Part shown: positions 38,701-52,924 of the stretch, one piece after another
Position numbering within the stretch: the stretch's first letter is position 1
How the letters are laid out: every line of letters starts with the position of its first letter
Assembly (NCBI GenBank): GCA_973851085.1
Contig: OZ316775.1
Location: forward strand, 10,168,001-10,232,000
Length of the DNA: 64,000 nucleotides
From: Ptychomitrium polyphyllum
Taxonomy: Eukaryota
Direction of reading: 5' to 3'
Position numbers and translations under genes: made by a program
The notes under the pieces: generated by a model
What the model was told of the DNA's origin: nothing
Databases searched by the model: none
Seen by the model: only the letters and a program-made list of their open reading frames with translations

Positions 38701-41520
38701 TATAGCTCATGCTCTTAATCGGCAATTCTACAGATTCTCTGTTGGTGGCTTGGGTGACGTTGCTGAGATTAAGGTAAAGAATTTATCATTATGATAAAAA
38801 TCCAAATGCGGTGTATGCAGAGAAAACGAACTGATATATCTCCTTTCTGTAGGGACATCGTCGAACATATGTCGGAGCTATGCCTGGGAAGATGGTGCAG
38901 TGCCTCAAAGCTACTGGCACTTCCAACCCTCTGGTGTTGATTGATGAAATTGATAAGGTACTGGAGTTTCAACTGTCCATTATCCTTCTGAATTTGTATT
39001 ATCTAGCACATTCGTGTTTGCTGATTCTTGCATTTTCTGATACACGGCAGTCTAAATCTGTGATCTGAAAATTGTGGCTTTTCTTGTGATGATCTCCAGC
39101 TGGGGCGTGGGCACTCTGGAGACCCCGCAAGTGCACTTTTGGAGCTTTTGGATCCTGAACAGAATGCTAATTTTTTGGATCATTATCTTGATGTACCGAT
39201 TGATTTGTCAAAGGTAATTGATCTAGTATCCTGCACCACTGGTGTTTTTCATATTTTCAAGTTTGGAACACATAATGAACTTGCAATATTTTGTGAACAC
39301 ATACTGATATCGTGTGTTTGCACTTCATGCTTTATATTACTAATTGATGTCCTGTCTTTTTCCCTTTTGAATCAGGTACTTTTTGTATGTACTGCCAACC
39401 TGGTTGAGAATATTCCAGGCCCTCTGCTGGACCGTATGGAAGTCATCCGCCTTGTTGGTTACATTACAGATGAAAAAACCCACATAGCTCGTGGATATCT
39501 AGAGAAAGCCGCACGTGAAGGTTCAGGGGTGAAGGCGGAGCAGGTACTTATATCTCTTTCACCGCAAACTATACTTTGGATCATTTAATATTTGTTAATA
39601 ACAGGTGGTTTGATGATCCTGTTTGTGCAATTTGAGAATTGTAATATGCAAATTGTTCGATTGGTCTATGTATCAGGTGGATTTGAGTGATGGTGCTTTG
39701 CATACACTGATTGAGACATATTGTCGAGAGGCTGGAGTTCGAAATCTTCAGAAACACATAGAGAGGATATATCGCAAGGTATTATTGCCACTTTATAAAC
39801 ATGTCTCATTTAATCATGTTTGAAAGAGACAAAATTGTCTTTTGCGTGCCATTTGATGATAAACCTAAAATTCTCTTGAATTTCCGTCACTGATTTAATC
39901 TGCTGAGTATGGAAAAAATCTTATTAGTTGTTCTTGCTCAACTTTATTGAATGTTACTCTGATTACTGGGAGATTTTAATGTGTATTTTCTACGGTATCA
40001 GTTTAGATTTCATGGTGAAAGACTTTACTTTGTATGTAAAGATGTATTTTCTTGTTATTTGAGGTTCACATTTTACTTGATTGATTTGCAGGTTGCTTTG
40101 AAATTGGTTAGAAAAGAGTTGGAAGTATTAGGTTCAGGTAAGGAGTCACCTCTTGTTGTTGAAGAAGTACCAATTCTTTCTGGAGCCGCTACTGATATGA
40201 ACAAGGAAGAGGGCGCAGGAAAGACTAGCTTGGACGTAGTACTGGTTGAGGTGAGTCTCCATTTCTAAGGTTATTAGCTTTGTGACTTGTTGTTTGGCAA
40301 TTAGTAATAACAGTGTTTTGACCTGGAACTAGAGATCATGAGGTTTAATATTTAGTTGTGTGCTTTCTTCGGACTTAGAGAAGAAACATCAAGACATTAA
40401 ACGTAAGTTACTGGAGTGCCTAATTATTGTCACTAAAATTCTTGCAGAAACTAATGTAAACATCATATGTTTTCGTTTAGTGGGTGATTGCATGTATAAG
40501 TAGCTTCAACGATTTTGCGTGTATACTGCAGCGTAGCAAGTAATGGTGTTGTTATGTTTTGAGATTTCAGGAACCTGAGGGTGTAAACGAAGCTGATCCA
40601 GTTGAACCAGTGGAGAAGTTGATTATAGACGAAACCAATCTTTCCGACTATGTTGGCCCTCCAATTTTTCAGAGTGACCGTCTCTATGAGCACACTCCAG
40701 TGGGTGTTGTGATGGGATTAGCTTGGACAGCTATGGGAGGATCTACATTGTATGTAGAAACAAGTCTAGTAGAGCAAGGGGACGGAAAAGGCACGCTACT
40801 AATGACTGGACAATTAGGAGACGTCATGAAGGAAAGCGCTACTATTGCCCACACCCTTGCTCGGCAAATTTTGAGGGAAAAGGATCCCGAGAACAATTTT
40901 TTTGCGACTTCGAGAATTCATTTACACGTACCAGCCGGCGCTACTCCGAAAGACGGACCTAGTGCAGGATGCACTATGATCACTTCAATGCTGTCTCTGG
41001 CTATGGCTCTGCCTGTGAAGAGGGATGTGGCAATGACAGGCGAAGTGACTCTTACTGGGCGTGTTCTACCGATTGGAGGGGTATTTGATCTTTCTAAGTT
41101 CTGTTATTTGAGTTTTTTTTAATAGCCTGCTCTGATGTGCTGTCTATCAATCTACAATTACATGTTTTGTGTTTATTGTATTATTGTAGAAGTTACTCCA
41201 GGCTTAACATTAACCATGAACACAAGATTGCTAGCCTTGAGCATGTGACGCACTTTAATCGACCCTGTTGCTGGATTTAACAGGTCAAGGAGAAGACCGT
41301 TGCAGCGAGAAGAAGTGGGGTGAAGACAGTAATTTTCCCGTCTGCAAACAAACGAGACTATCTTGAGCTTCCAGCCCATGTCAAGGAGGGTCTAGAGGTA
41401 CATTTTGTAGATCACTATAGTGAAATCTTCACACTTGCTTTTGAAGTCCTACCAGATGCAGAGAAACAACTCGCTCCCATGGAGTCATATGGTGACGCTG
41501 CAACTGTTTTGCATTCATAG
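32719..41520 (+). CDS. LON1: Mitochondrial-type Lon protease, multi-exon
   Basis: Arg/Ser-rich transit-like N-terminus; [12 protein letters not shown]-domain start; Walker [16 protein letters not shown]; catalytic PKDGPSAG and VKEK. Stop TAG ends at 41520. Confidence 0.95.
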
Positions 41521-42329
41521 CGAAATGAGCATTGTACATGGTCTTACATCCCTGTGATTTTTAATAAACTAGGAATGATACGTTTATATTTCTTTTACTT
41601 CGCTCATACCTGCTATCGTGAATGTTACCTCTGCGCTTTCTAGTACATCTCGTAGGGGATGTCTAAACCTCTGCTGGTTGATTTTGAAATTGGTAATCTT
41701 AACGTATGAAACGCATTGACCTAATATCTCACATTCATTTCAGAACTAGTAATCTCATCAAAGGCTCACCTACAAGACCGTATATTTAAAGAAATGTGTG
41801 TCGATCATGAGCAGTGTCTGACGGTCGTTACATACTTAACACACTAGCTGATGATAGTGACCTTTTACAGTCCTCGGTTTTCATTTAGTGACGTTGCTGT
41901 CATGCACACTTCTACATTGTCGTTGAGGATTGGCGTACTATCTGTTGCGTACACCGGCCCTTCTGTAAGGACAACTTCGTTACTTACACGTTACACAGTA
42001 CATGATAATTTCCTCTTGTAAGTGCATTAACCTCAGAGCTACCTCTTAGTTTCGAACGTTTTTCCAGAACTGGGAGCATCCGGCCAGCCCTTGTGCCCTC
42101 GGCTTGCTCTCATCTCGTGCGCTTACTTCATCAATGTCATGAGTGGTGAAACAACGCCGTATACAGTACAAGTGTTCCATACTACCATATTTGAGTGGTT
42201 GGTCAAACTACATCACATGCATGAGGAACAGCGTAGTCTGCTACTACAAAATTTCATAGTTTGTAACGCCGCCTTGCATGCACCCATTATCCCCGTGGTA
42301 ACACAGTTGCTTCCTTATGCATTGTACTA

Positions 42330-44030
42330 TAGAAGCTGTCTCAGTGGTAGTGCGCATCAAGTACTTGCAGGATTATCTGGCGAGAAGAAGTTCGGGAGCT
42401 TGGTAAAGGAGAACGGAACGGACTGGAGATGGCGGCACACTGTGGATCGATATATGCGTACACATCAAATAGAACCGACGATACTTCCTCCACCCCATCT
42501 TCGTGGGCGCCACAGCTACAGTATGTGCCACAATGAATCATCTACTTGAATCGAAACATGTATCTTAGCTCTATGGCCGTGTGAACGGTCTGTGTTTCCA
42601 AACTTGAAACGAGAAGAGACCAAGCTCTTATCAACTTGTCTAAAACATCCAAAACCAGTCTTTTGTTTTTGACATGAAAGGTTGATGTTTTAATCCTAAG
42701 CCCTGAATGGTGTAACTTGGGGATTGTGGATCATGTAGCGCTGCAGCGTACGTTGTAGTGCAAACGTTGAGGTAGCTGGCCAAGGATAGGTGGACAGTGA
42801 TATCGTCTATTCATTAACCCAGCAGCGAAGTTTTTGCGCTCGACCAACTCACGGACCTCTCCTCTGGCCACACCGTCTACTTGGGGAGGCTGCCGGTGAC
42901 TCTCAGGTCAGCCACCAGCTTCTGTACAGAATTCAAGTTATAACGCCACTTAGGTCATGTCTTCTGCTAAAAGATCAGGCTTCCTCACAATCTGTGCTTA
43001 ACGGAATTAGAGTAGGTGACGTAGTTCTTTGCAGCATTAAACTACTCCTGTCCTCTGATGCGAAATCCACCCGATTATCTCTTGCAAACCATCAATGCCG
43101 ATATGGTGAAGACTACCCTCAAAGGCCTGCACCACCTCTCATGATCTTCAGAGCCTTAAATCTACATTGAATTTAAGATGGTACTTGTTGAACTTTGATA
43201 AAACTGCAGAGAAACTAGCTTTCAGGATAATCTTGTCGGTTTTGTTCTCTCGAAAATCATGAACTGAGCTGTACTACTTATAATATGCAAGATGATGTAG
43301 AAATGGCAGATCCATAATTGCAGGAACGGAGAGGGGGCTCCGGTCTATGCCTCGCGGTTCATGATATCCATGCCAATTTGCGGATTCCCTGCTCTTGTGG
43401 AAGTCATGAGGGTGTCCCATCATGAACGACTGAATGGGCACTACGGCATGGCTGCCTTCGGGGTTAGTAACACAATATCCTTCATTCCGTTTCTGTCCCT
43501 CATTGCATTGTCGTCAGCCACACTTATATACCTCGTGGCGAATATGACCACAATGTCTTCATCACTCTCACGCTCTTTGCAGCCTCAGCCTGCGTGGAGA
43601 GCCTGATGATGGCCATCTCCAGCGTTGTGGGTCGAAACTTCCTCCTTGGTATTGTTATCGGTGCAGATATCCAGGTTCGTGACCAGCTGCCCCGTGAAAT
43701 GCTTGTCAACCTCTTTGTTTGGACGCTCAAGCCTCGTTTTGCTGCCAGAATTGCAGCTATGTATGGTGAACTTAGCCCAAGTTTTATTTTGAGAATCCAT
43801 TTCAAGAATTCCTTGGATAGGTTGAAGATTAGCTAGCAGCAACTTATATTTGAAACATTTCTCTTCTATTAACTACAATCTGTTTCTTTGTTGCATATAT
43901 TTTAAATTGCAACCAGGCGATATACATACTGGTGGCAGGGTATTTCTGTTTTGGCTAAAGAATATTCCCAAGCCTGTTTGGAGGTACTCCAGTATCATGT
44001 TTTTCTTTCTATACTTTGTTGTACAGGTGA
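42330..44030 (+). pseudogene. Degraded half-size ABCG (WBC/ABCG11-like) transporter pseudogene
   Basis: Fragments QVLAGLSG, VVQTLR*LAKD.TVISSIH*PSSEVFAL (stops at 42773 and 42815, the latter in the H-loop SIHQP), SSGHTVY/GEA (frameshift), GFPALVEVMRV, ERLNGHYG, VESLMMAISSVVGRNFLLGIVIGADIQ, IPKPVWRY. Confidence 0.85.
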
Positions 44031-45056
44031 GTCAACATAGACCTAAGCGGAATACAATTCAGGTTAATTACAAGCAGCAGGACTGCACAGCTAAATAGCT
44101 TCAAGGCCCTTCTATCCTTGATGCATTCGCTCTGACTCGCATTTATCGTTGCCATCAACCCACGTTTGAAAAACAGTATAATTAAAGGACGACCAGGCGT
44201 TTGATCTTTGTTGTATTCAATTGTGCTATATAACTCAGTTCACTTCTAAAATGTTGAAGTTTATTTGCTAGATAAATTATGCATGAATTCGGCACTGCCA
44301 ACTGCATGGTAACGAGATCTATCTATTTGGAAACTGATTAAAATATTAGAAACTACACAGCTGAAGTACAAAACAGTAGTGCTCATCTTTAACTTAGAAT
44401 TTTGAAGTAAGATGGATTATGAGTTGAGCTTTATTGACAACCTCTACGCTAGGCAGAACACCTTGATAGTGAAGGAAATGGCTGAACAGAATTGTAATCT
44501 GTTACATCCTCTTGAAACTTCCACCGTGCAGAGTTCTGACATAGTCCAGGTTCAAACGATAACATCGTTTCTACCTACCATCCGTGTCATACTCTAGAGT
44601 CCGTGTCTGATGATCATCGTCACGTGTCTAACAAGATATGCTTGAAAACTGACGATCAACGACCCAGCTAAATTTCAAAAATTTCTCTTCATTGTACTCT
44701 TACAGCACCAACATCGCTTGTGCATAATAAAAGAAAATTAATTCAACCGCAATAAGTTAAACAACCAAGCTCGTCAGTATAATGAAAACAAAGATCAGTT
44801 CATAATGATTCAGATGTCATACTCGTTGACAAGTGGGTTACAAGCACCACACCGACGCGTTTTACATTTGGAGGTTGTTACAATGTAACCTGATTGTCAT
44901 CCTGCATGATCGGATGGCTGCTCAAGAATAACTAATTTCTGTATATCTATATACGTTCAATCTTCACTAGACACTCCAGAAGCTAACCTTCTTTCGTTCA
45001 ACAGAACTTGATCAAAACATAACCATGCCAACAATCAAGAGTCTGAAATCACCAGT

Positions 45057-46592
45057 CTATTGACGCTTCATGTAACCACGATTGGCGTTCTCAAAATTAA
45101 CCGACTGCACTGCAGCCGCTTGCTGCGACGCCAACGCACCTCGAAACGAGCTCTTCACCTGGTATGTAGTGTAAGGATAGTTACGGTTGGTGTAGGAGTT
45201 TAACACAGCTGCCGAGCCTTGACGAAGAAGAGAACCGAACGCATCCGGTCTTGTGTTTGTCAGCCCCTGAAACAAAGTCATCTGCGAGCCGAAGATACTT
45301 CCGGAGCTTCCGCCGAAAATCTCCAAGATAGGTGTCAAGATGGTGAGAAAGTCAGGAAACATCTGTGTGTTAGATGACCAAAACCTGCAAACCATCCAAA
45401 ATTACTAAAACCATCTTCAAACATTAAAAACAAAACAAATTAATAAATATTTTACAAACCGCAATAGAAGGAAAGTCTTCACCACAGCCAAGACGAAACA
45501 TGCTCAACATTCACGACATGACCATAAACCATAAACCCTGACTGATGCAGAGACTTACGTGCAAGTTCCGGTTGGCGATGGAGCAGGATTGGCAGGGACA
45601 GAAGGGTCGGGAGTGTAAGGAGGGTAAGGATCCACAGGACCGCCCGGAACTAGAGGAACAAGAGGACTTGATCCGCCACCACCATAAGCTTTCGAAGATA
45701 CACCATCAGTCTTGTCCCACCAATGGTGACCATGGCCACCTCCACTGATCAGAGGAGGGCAGTTAGAAGGATCGGTGGAAGGTGGAGTGTAGGAGGGCGC
45801 ATCCGGAGCTGGCACGAGAGGCACAAGTGGACTATCAGGTGTTGGAGTCGAGGGCGAAGAGCCAGACGGTGTTGGAGTGTAGGGTGTACCATACGGTGGC
45901 GATGACGACGACGTTGAAGGAGATGATCCTGAAGGCGTAGGAATGTAAGGTGGATTGTAAGACGGGGTGTAAGGGGGAGAAGAGGGCGTTGAAGGAGATG
46001 ATCCTGATGGGGTGGGGCTGTAAGGCGGGCTGCTGTAAGATGGAGGACTGTAGTCCGGCGATGGCGAGGAAGGCGTCGGGCTGTAAGGAGGGTTATAAGA
46101 TGGAGTAGAGGGCGTTGAAGGCGTTGATCCTGATGGAGCGGGGCTGTAAGGTGGGCTGCTGTAAGATGGAGGCCTGTAGTCCGGCGATGGCGAGGAAGGC
46201 GTAGGGCTGTAGGGAGGATTGTAAGAGGGAGAAGAGGGAGTTGAAGGAGATGAACCCGAGGGAGGGGGCCTGTAATGGGGACTAGAAGGGCCAGGGGGTG
46301 TGGGAGAGCCGCCGGAAGAAGCAGGAGGGGAGTAAGGCGGGCTGTATGTTGGATATGGAGAGTTGGGAGGGCTGTAAGCGGGGGTGAGCGGAGAGGAGGA
46401 GCCGGGAGCTGGAGCGGATGGTACCAAGGGGGACGATCCGGAGTCCGGTGGTGTGGGGGTGTAAGGAGTGGAGTAGTAGTTCAAGACCTGAAACGTGGTA
46501 TACCCCGTGGCCGCCTCTCGCCCTGCTGCCATGGTGATGAGCACCATCAACACAGCGAGCAGCAAGGCTGTCCGCCCTGAATCATGCCCCAT
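45057..46592 (-). CDS. PDF1: Protodermal factor 1-like Pro/Ser-rich secreted cell-wall protein. Exons 46592-45559 and 45384-45057
   Basis: Signal peptide, long SP/TP/YSPP repeat region, and a C-terminal GTCxFW...LLRQGSAAVLNSY...YPYTTYQVK..F..ALAS..AA..Q...FENAN domain typical of the PDF1 family. Confidence 0.82.
46015..46266. repeat. 126-bp (42-aa) coding tandem duplication inside the PDF1-like gene
   Basis: gggctgtaaggcgggctgctgtaagatggagg... at 46015 recurs at 46141. Confidence 0.85.
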
Positions 46593-49408
46593 GGTAGCTG
46601 ATGTTCTGCTGCTCAAACTCATCAGCTCAATCTGCACTTCAGTCGAGCAACATCATGAGTAGAGGTGTCACGTCGTTCAGAGATCTCATACACAACCTTC
46701 ACTCAATACTGACAAGGTTTGAGGTGTCAAAGTGCAAACAGCTGATGCATTACCGGAAGCACCAGCTTGACAGAATAACCGTATTATCAGGTTTTGATAA
46801 GTCACATTGAATATCGCCTTCTGCATTATATCAACTCCCGGAATACAACCTACTCACCCTCATCGCACTTAATGACTCCAGTGTAAACAGGTGCAAGCAG
46901 CTTCAATTGCCATTGCTCTGGCATGTTCGAAGCTCATTCGAGCTAACAATCATCATGGCCATGCACTAAAACCGCTCTAACACCAGCTCACACGACAAAT
47001 AAACCTAACAAAGAAACTCATAACATGCAGCATGGATAAGCAATGACTCAACAGTCACGCCCAAGGTTCAGCTGCTTTCCAATACATGTGGACTGATGTT
47101 ACATTTGAACATCAACACTGGCATCACTGTGATACAAAACGTGAGTACTCACATGAATCAAGAGAAAGCTGGAAGGTCCAAGCATGCAGGACTTACAGAT
47201 GAAAATCGTGAGAGCAGCCTGAGCAAGGCTTGGGAGTGGTGTGAGACAACTTCGGTGGGTATTACCAGGAGCATGCAATATTATGGGAGAAGTGAGGAGC
47301 TGCATGGGTGGTGAACGGCCTAGTGGCGGCGGGGCACTCAAGACGCAATCCTTAACGTCGTCTTGGTTTGCGTTGCAGCCTGTCATCTCCTGCTGCTCTC
47401 CTGGTATCATAATGACCTAGTCGTAGGCTGGTACTACTATTGATTACAAATTATTTTCACAGTTTTTTTACTCTTCTAGTATTATTGACACGATGGATAT
47501 CGTGACTGAAATTTCAGGAGCATGATGCTCGGCCTACTACCGGCAATTTGAGTTCAATTTGCCTTCGAGTGAATAATTTTTGGTTGTTTATCTAAAAATT
47601 GACCTATTTCTGTGATGGAGCCCTAGGTATCTTAAACGGTGATCACTGAGCAGTTCCATTAACAGCTGAATTTTACTTAGAAATTTCGTAAAGAGGAGAC
47701 TTGGCACAAATGAAAGTGAATTTAATACGTTGCAGCGAATCATTAAGTTGCAACTCCTCCGTGACAGGAATGGAGTACTTTACAGTTCGATGTCATGTAC
47801 TTTAACTGCTTGTTTCATTGTAGGTCCCTGTACAGAATAATACTAAGGAACAGAGATCATGCAAATTATTTGCCAAGTATAAACTAACCACTTCCATGGA
47901 GTTTCATTTACAATGATTTGCTCTGAGCTCTGTCCAGCAAGCACTCTATAGCAGTTTATGCAACCATTTCACACTTCCACCAGTCTCTAAACAAAGAAAT
48001 GTTTTACTGTGTTTTGCAGACCCAGGAGCACAAATCAAGTCAGCTTCTAAATGTTTAACGTCTGTGGTTGTCTCCAAAATCCTCGATACAGTCACAGTAG
48101 TTTGCTAACATGGTAAACACAATTTGGAAGGGGAAATAAAATGATAGGCTGCTCTACGCTTGAGACTGATTTGAATGCATGGTGATAAGCAGTGGTGAGT
48201 TAATTCTTGAATGCTCAGAACCAGGAAGTAGTTGACATGGTCCTGCACCCTTCTTAATGAAGCCATTGAACTCTCTTTTTGAGTTAATATGCACTGCTGC
48301 TTCTGCTTGTGTGGAATAAGTTAGCACTACGCTTTGCAGTAAGCACCACTTCGTGCTTTGAGCAGATGGTGCCAGTGTTGTCCAATCACATCAAGTCTAA
48401 CATCTCCATTCATAATTAGAACCAAATAATCATCGTCATCTCACTTGAATCAAGTCATTTGTGTTTATGTGTGTTAAGAAGTTCCATTCGCACTAGCAAA
48501 TGGCTTCTGAAAGCCATATTTCTCTAGCCAGGGGCTTAAATGCTTGGTACACACATAGGGCCCACTTAGTTTTGTTTAAAGAAAATAGATGGGTTAGTTA
48601 GCGTTCACTGTTGGATCTTCTCCGTTAGGCCCATTTCTTTGTGTGTCTCATTGCAGTGCAAGTATCTTTACCGAGACAATGTTCCTAGACTCTACTACCT
48701 GATGCTCCGTGCATGAGTTCTCTACAGTAGTAACTAAGTAGATTGCAAACCTCTGAGAAAACTGATTGGAATCCAGCATAGTGAATTGCAATGCTGCAGT
48801 CGATGAGAAATATCAAGTGATAGAGAGAAAGCGTAAGTCAGCCCACAATAAGGCTAATCGAAAGTAAATCATACATTTGAAGGTACTCTTTGTAATGTAC
48901 ACTGCCTTTGACCACAAACCTTATTAAGGGTATAAAAGCACCAGATCCAGGATCTGGATCCCGCAACCTACTGCTGTCATTTCGACTACATCCTTAAATG
49001 TTCTCCAGAGGATAAGACTTTAGGAAATGGTCAAGTTCATTTAATGAACATCCTTTACAATGACCTCGATTTGCAAGTCCAGATCATCTCACCTACTGAC
49101 TTTTACATGATGTAAATCCAAAATCTGTGCTAATGGGGCAAAGGCAAACCGGCAGATTCCACATCAACACTGAGCAAAGTATAACTCTGCGTCCCTAGTC
49201 TAGACCTTGCAGTCATCTACAATATATCTGTTGCCACTCTTTGGATCCATCATCTTCAGGTATCGTGCAGAGTTCGCTTCTCCGAAGATCAGGTGCCTGA
49301 ACATTGCCAAGCATACCCATCCGATGAATTTGTGAAGAGCCACATTCCTTGGAGCAATACCAGCCAATTACGATTCACGATTACAACTAACCTTACATGC
49401 AATCATCA

Positions 49409-52400
49409 CTAATCCGTTTCTGTGTCAGAACTGTTGCCGTGGTTATGTAGGGAGGGTCCAACTTCAAAGTCTCCACTGCCGTCATTACTGCAGCCCTCCA
49501 GATTCACTTCAATCTGCAACGACGCATCACTCATGGGAGACTTGGCAGCAGGAGTTCGAGGAGGCATGTTGATCTTTTTAGAGCTCTTTGGAGTGACCAA
49601 TTTCTTGGCTGGCAACCCTGGGCGTTTACTCCTGTCTTTATCGTCTGTTGCCCTTTTAGTTCGTACACCACTACCACTGCCACTACCAACTCCAACAGCA
49701 ACTCGACCTTCTACGCTGCCGTTTCCTCGTTCAGCTGCCATTCTTTGCTTACCTCCAGCATTGTTTGCTGTGTCAGACTTCTTTGTTTCTTTGTTGCCAT
49801 CAGCTGGAAGAGGCTCTTCAATGTCCGCTGCCAAACCCTCAGGTGGAGGGGCCTGAGACATAGGCATGGGGACAGGTCTATTACCCCATTCTAAAACAGG
49901 AAATTGAAAAGTGGGCCCAAAATTGAAACGTACGGAGCATTTTTTCTCAGGTGAGGGGAGCGTATACATTGAGGCTGCAGGGAAGTATTCACCACCATAT
50001 ATGTCGCTATATGCAATGCCCAGACAAATGCCGTTCTTGAAGAAAGAAATTTCACTGCCTGCTTTGAAGAGAAATGCATAAGCAATGGTCCTTTAAAAAG
50101 CTTTTCAAGTAGTTTTGAGAGAATAGTGGCCACAACCCATTCCTATTCGAGGACCTAGCAATAGCATCCTAATCTACTTCTGGTACGTGTATTACAACAT
50201 ATTATAATGGCACGTGCCTTTGATTCAGACAAAACTTTGCGATTTTGGTGATGGAAAAGGGCAAACAGAAGATCGCAGACACGTAAGAGCAACAAAACCA
50301 TCCGCCTGTAAATGTATTTTTGGTGGAGACAATAAGGTACAAGTCATAATAGCTATACCTGGAACACGCTTGAGAGGCCCTTCTTCTTTGTCAACTGGTA
50401 CTGGGAAGACTGCCCTCGTAGTTTTATTGACATACAATTCATATTTAGGTGCGTATTCAGCACCATTGGGAAGACTTATGTAAAATCCGATGACATCTCC
50501 CTCAAAATATGCAGAGTCATAGGGCTCTCGAATTGCTTGATGCACTTTGCTTCCATCGACGTCTCTGAACCTCACCAATGTTAATTACAAATACAAACTT
50601 GCAGAAAGTTGGCATGGCAGCTATAAGCCAGATATTCAAACAAACAGTAAGGTCTAAGTCCTGTCTAGAGCATTCTCTTTATGTTTGCGGATTCATGGAG
50701 ATAAACATCACTTGACGATTGGACCCCTATCTTTGCTCTAGACACCTATGGTTGCCATTGGCTGGATTCTACACAAATGAACTCAACAAGTGGTTAAAAT
50801 GCTTATATACCTAATGCAATACTGTCACTCAAAACAACTGCCCGATAGGAAGTACCTGAAAGCATAGCTATTTGCATCAAACCCCACAGGCGCCTGCAAG
50901 TCACCCTTCCATGTGCTCCATCCTAGACGCGTGTGTCCAGTCTTGCCAAGATCCTTCACTATTATTTCAAAGTACCAGGCCCCCTCTGAAACACCACGAG
51001 TTGCCGTCACCATCCGGTAACCCTTCTCACTGCTAGCTTGCATTTTGTCCAAAGAAAGCTCCACCTTTTCCGCTTTCTGATCCTGCAAAGTTAAGGTAAA
51101 ACTTCAAGATGGTGAGATGAGACTCTTGCGGTCTTACTAAATCAAACATCTCAGTTACATGTTGAAAAACTTCAACAAGGGCAGTTACATTGGATGCTCA
51201 AACTTGCACCGTGAGAGACAAACAATTCATCCCTCACAAAGATGAAACTATGCAACCGAGGTGCATTTGTTATTACTTCCATTATAAAATCTCGTAATTC
51301 AAAAACAGGAAGCATCCCGGATTTCAAACAACCGATTGCATTTAGTGAGAATCAGCGGTGGTAGGAGAAAAAAGGAGCTCACCTTTGACAGTTGTATTCC
51401 ACTCCTCTCCTCTAGCAAGTATCGCTGGGCAGGATTCACTTCAATGCATTCCTCTTTCTTTTCTCCACTTGGGATCTTTACGGGTTTGGATTTTCTGCTG
51501 GTCTTTCGAGTGGTAGATTTACTCCAGACATTGGTCTTCTTCTTAGGCTTTTTTACAACCACCTCGCCTGCTGCACCTTCAGCATTATCCAAAGCTGTCG
51601 ACGCATTTCTCTTGATCGGGGCTTTAACTGTCCTTGTACCGTTTGTCTCAACACCTACAAGAGCAAGCTACATGAGCAATATTACCATCAAACTTCCGAC
51701 TTCTTGATAGACACTGATCCCACCATTCAAACTTTAATATAAAAGTTAGCCATTCTCCCGCCAGCATGGTAGATTCGTCTACTTACCACCAACAAGACTT
51801 GTACTAAACCACTTCGCCATACATCTTTGAGTAACTTGAGTACATACCGCTGTCCTCTATACAAATTTTGTCAATAATGAAAGAGCATAGCTTCCAAATA
51901 AAACAGAATATCCAGTAGGTAACTTGCGAAAGAATGCGCGAAAGCCAGAATGCGCTCAAATTTCACTATACCTGAGTTCCAACAAAACATTCTTCGTTGA
52001 TTCGTACTACTAAAAGAATAGCTTCCACGGTAGCAAAACGCTTCCGTTCTACTTCTTTGCAGGCCCATCACTCCAACTACCAGCTATTGACTACTATATC
52101 CACAAAAATCCTCGCAATAATTGCCACTTAAACTAATTCAAAAGTGCAGATACACGTCGCAGATTGGGATTTCCAAGGAGAACAGGACAATGCGCAGAAA
52201 CGGTTTCGTACCAGCTGGTTTCTCTTCAGCCTCTCCTTCCCCATCATCAATAGCTGCAGCTGCATCAACCATTTCCACCTCCGTCTCAGCGTCTCCGCCA
52301 GCCATAGCCGCGTCTCCCTCGCATTCTACATCCTCCTGCGCTTGCCCCTCTACTTCCCCCTCCGCCTGTACCTGGTACTCTGTACCATTCCGTTCCCCTG

Positions 52401-52803
52401 CACCATCCAGACCTACTTCCCTGCTCTCTTCTCCGTCAGACGCCCGTACTGTCTTCTTCCCAGGAAACCCTAAACCTCCCGTGATCTCGTTCACCACTCG
52501 CTCCTCGGCATTGTCCGGCGCTTTCTCTCTCTCCCCTCGGAGCTTGTCAGTCTCCACCTCCACGGGCAGAGACTCCATCACTGCGTCCTCTTCCTCCACC
52601 AGCGCCTCGTCCGCAACGTCTTCTTGCTGCTCCCCCGTCTCCACACCTACCATCTCTTCCCCTCGTTGCTCTTCCCCAGACTCGCTCCCTGTCGCCTCCT
52701 CTTGCTTCTGTGCCTGAAGCTCCGCAGCCTCCACCCCAGCCGCGTCTTCTTGCTGCTCCCCGACCTCCATCACTCCCCCTCTACTCCCGCCCTCAAATTC
52801 CAT
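49409..52803 (-). CDS. ASH2: ASH2/TRAUCO SPRY-domain subunit of the COMPASS H3K4 methyltransferase complex, 5 exons
   Basis: [80 protein letters not shown]. Acidic N-terminal exon. Confidence 0.92.
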
Positions 52804-52915
52804 ACCTCACCCGGAAAGGATTACCACTCGGAAATCTCAATCCGTGCAGAAGAACGGATCATCACGCCCTCTCCTCTAGGCTATCCGACAGGCGATCAAA
52901 CTCCCGCGCCATCGA

Positions 52916-52924
52916 AACCCTAAC
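52916..52924. promoter_or_regulatory. Telo-box (AAACCCTAA) ~115 bp upstream of the ASH2 start codon
   Basis: Exact aaaccctaa in the presumed 5' UTR. Similar boxes occur at ~5322, ~7994 and ~21385. Confidence 0.45.

Noticed and set aside
27813..52803. SUVR and ASH2 as a chromatin gene cluster
   Set aside because: They are separated by unrelated genes, and co-location alone is not evidence.
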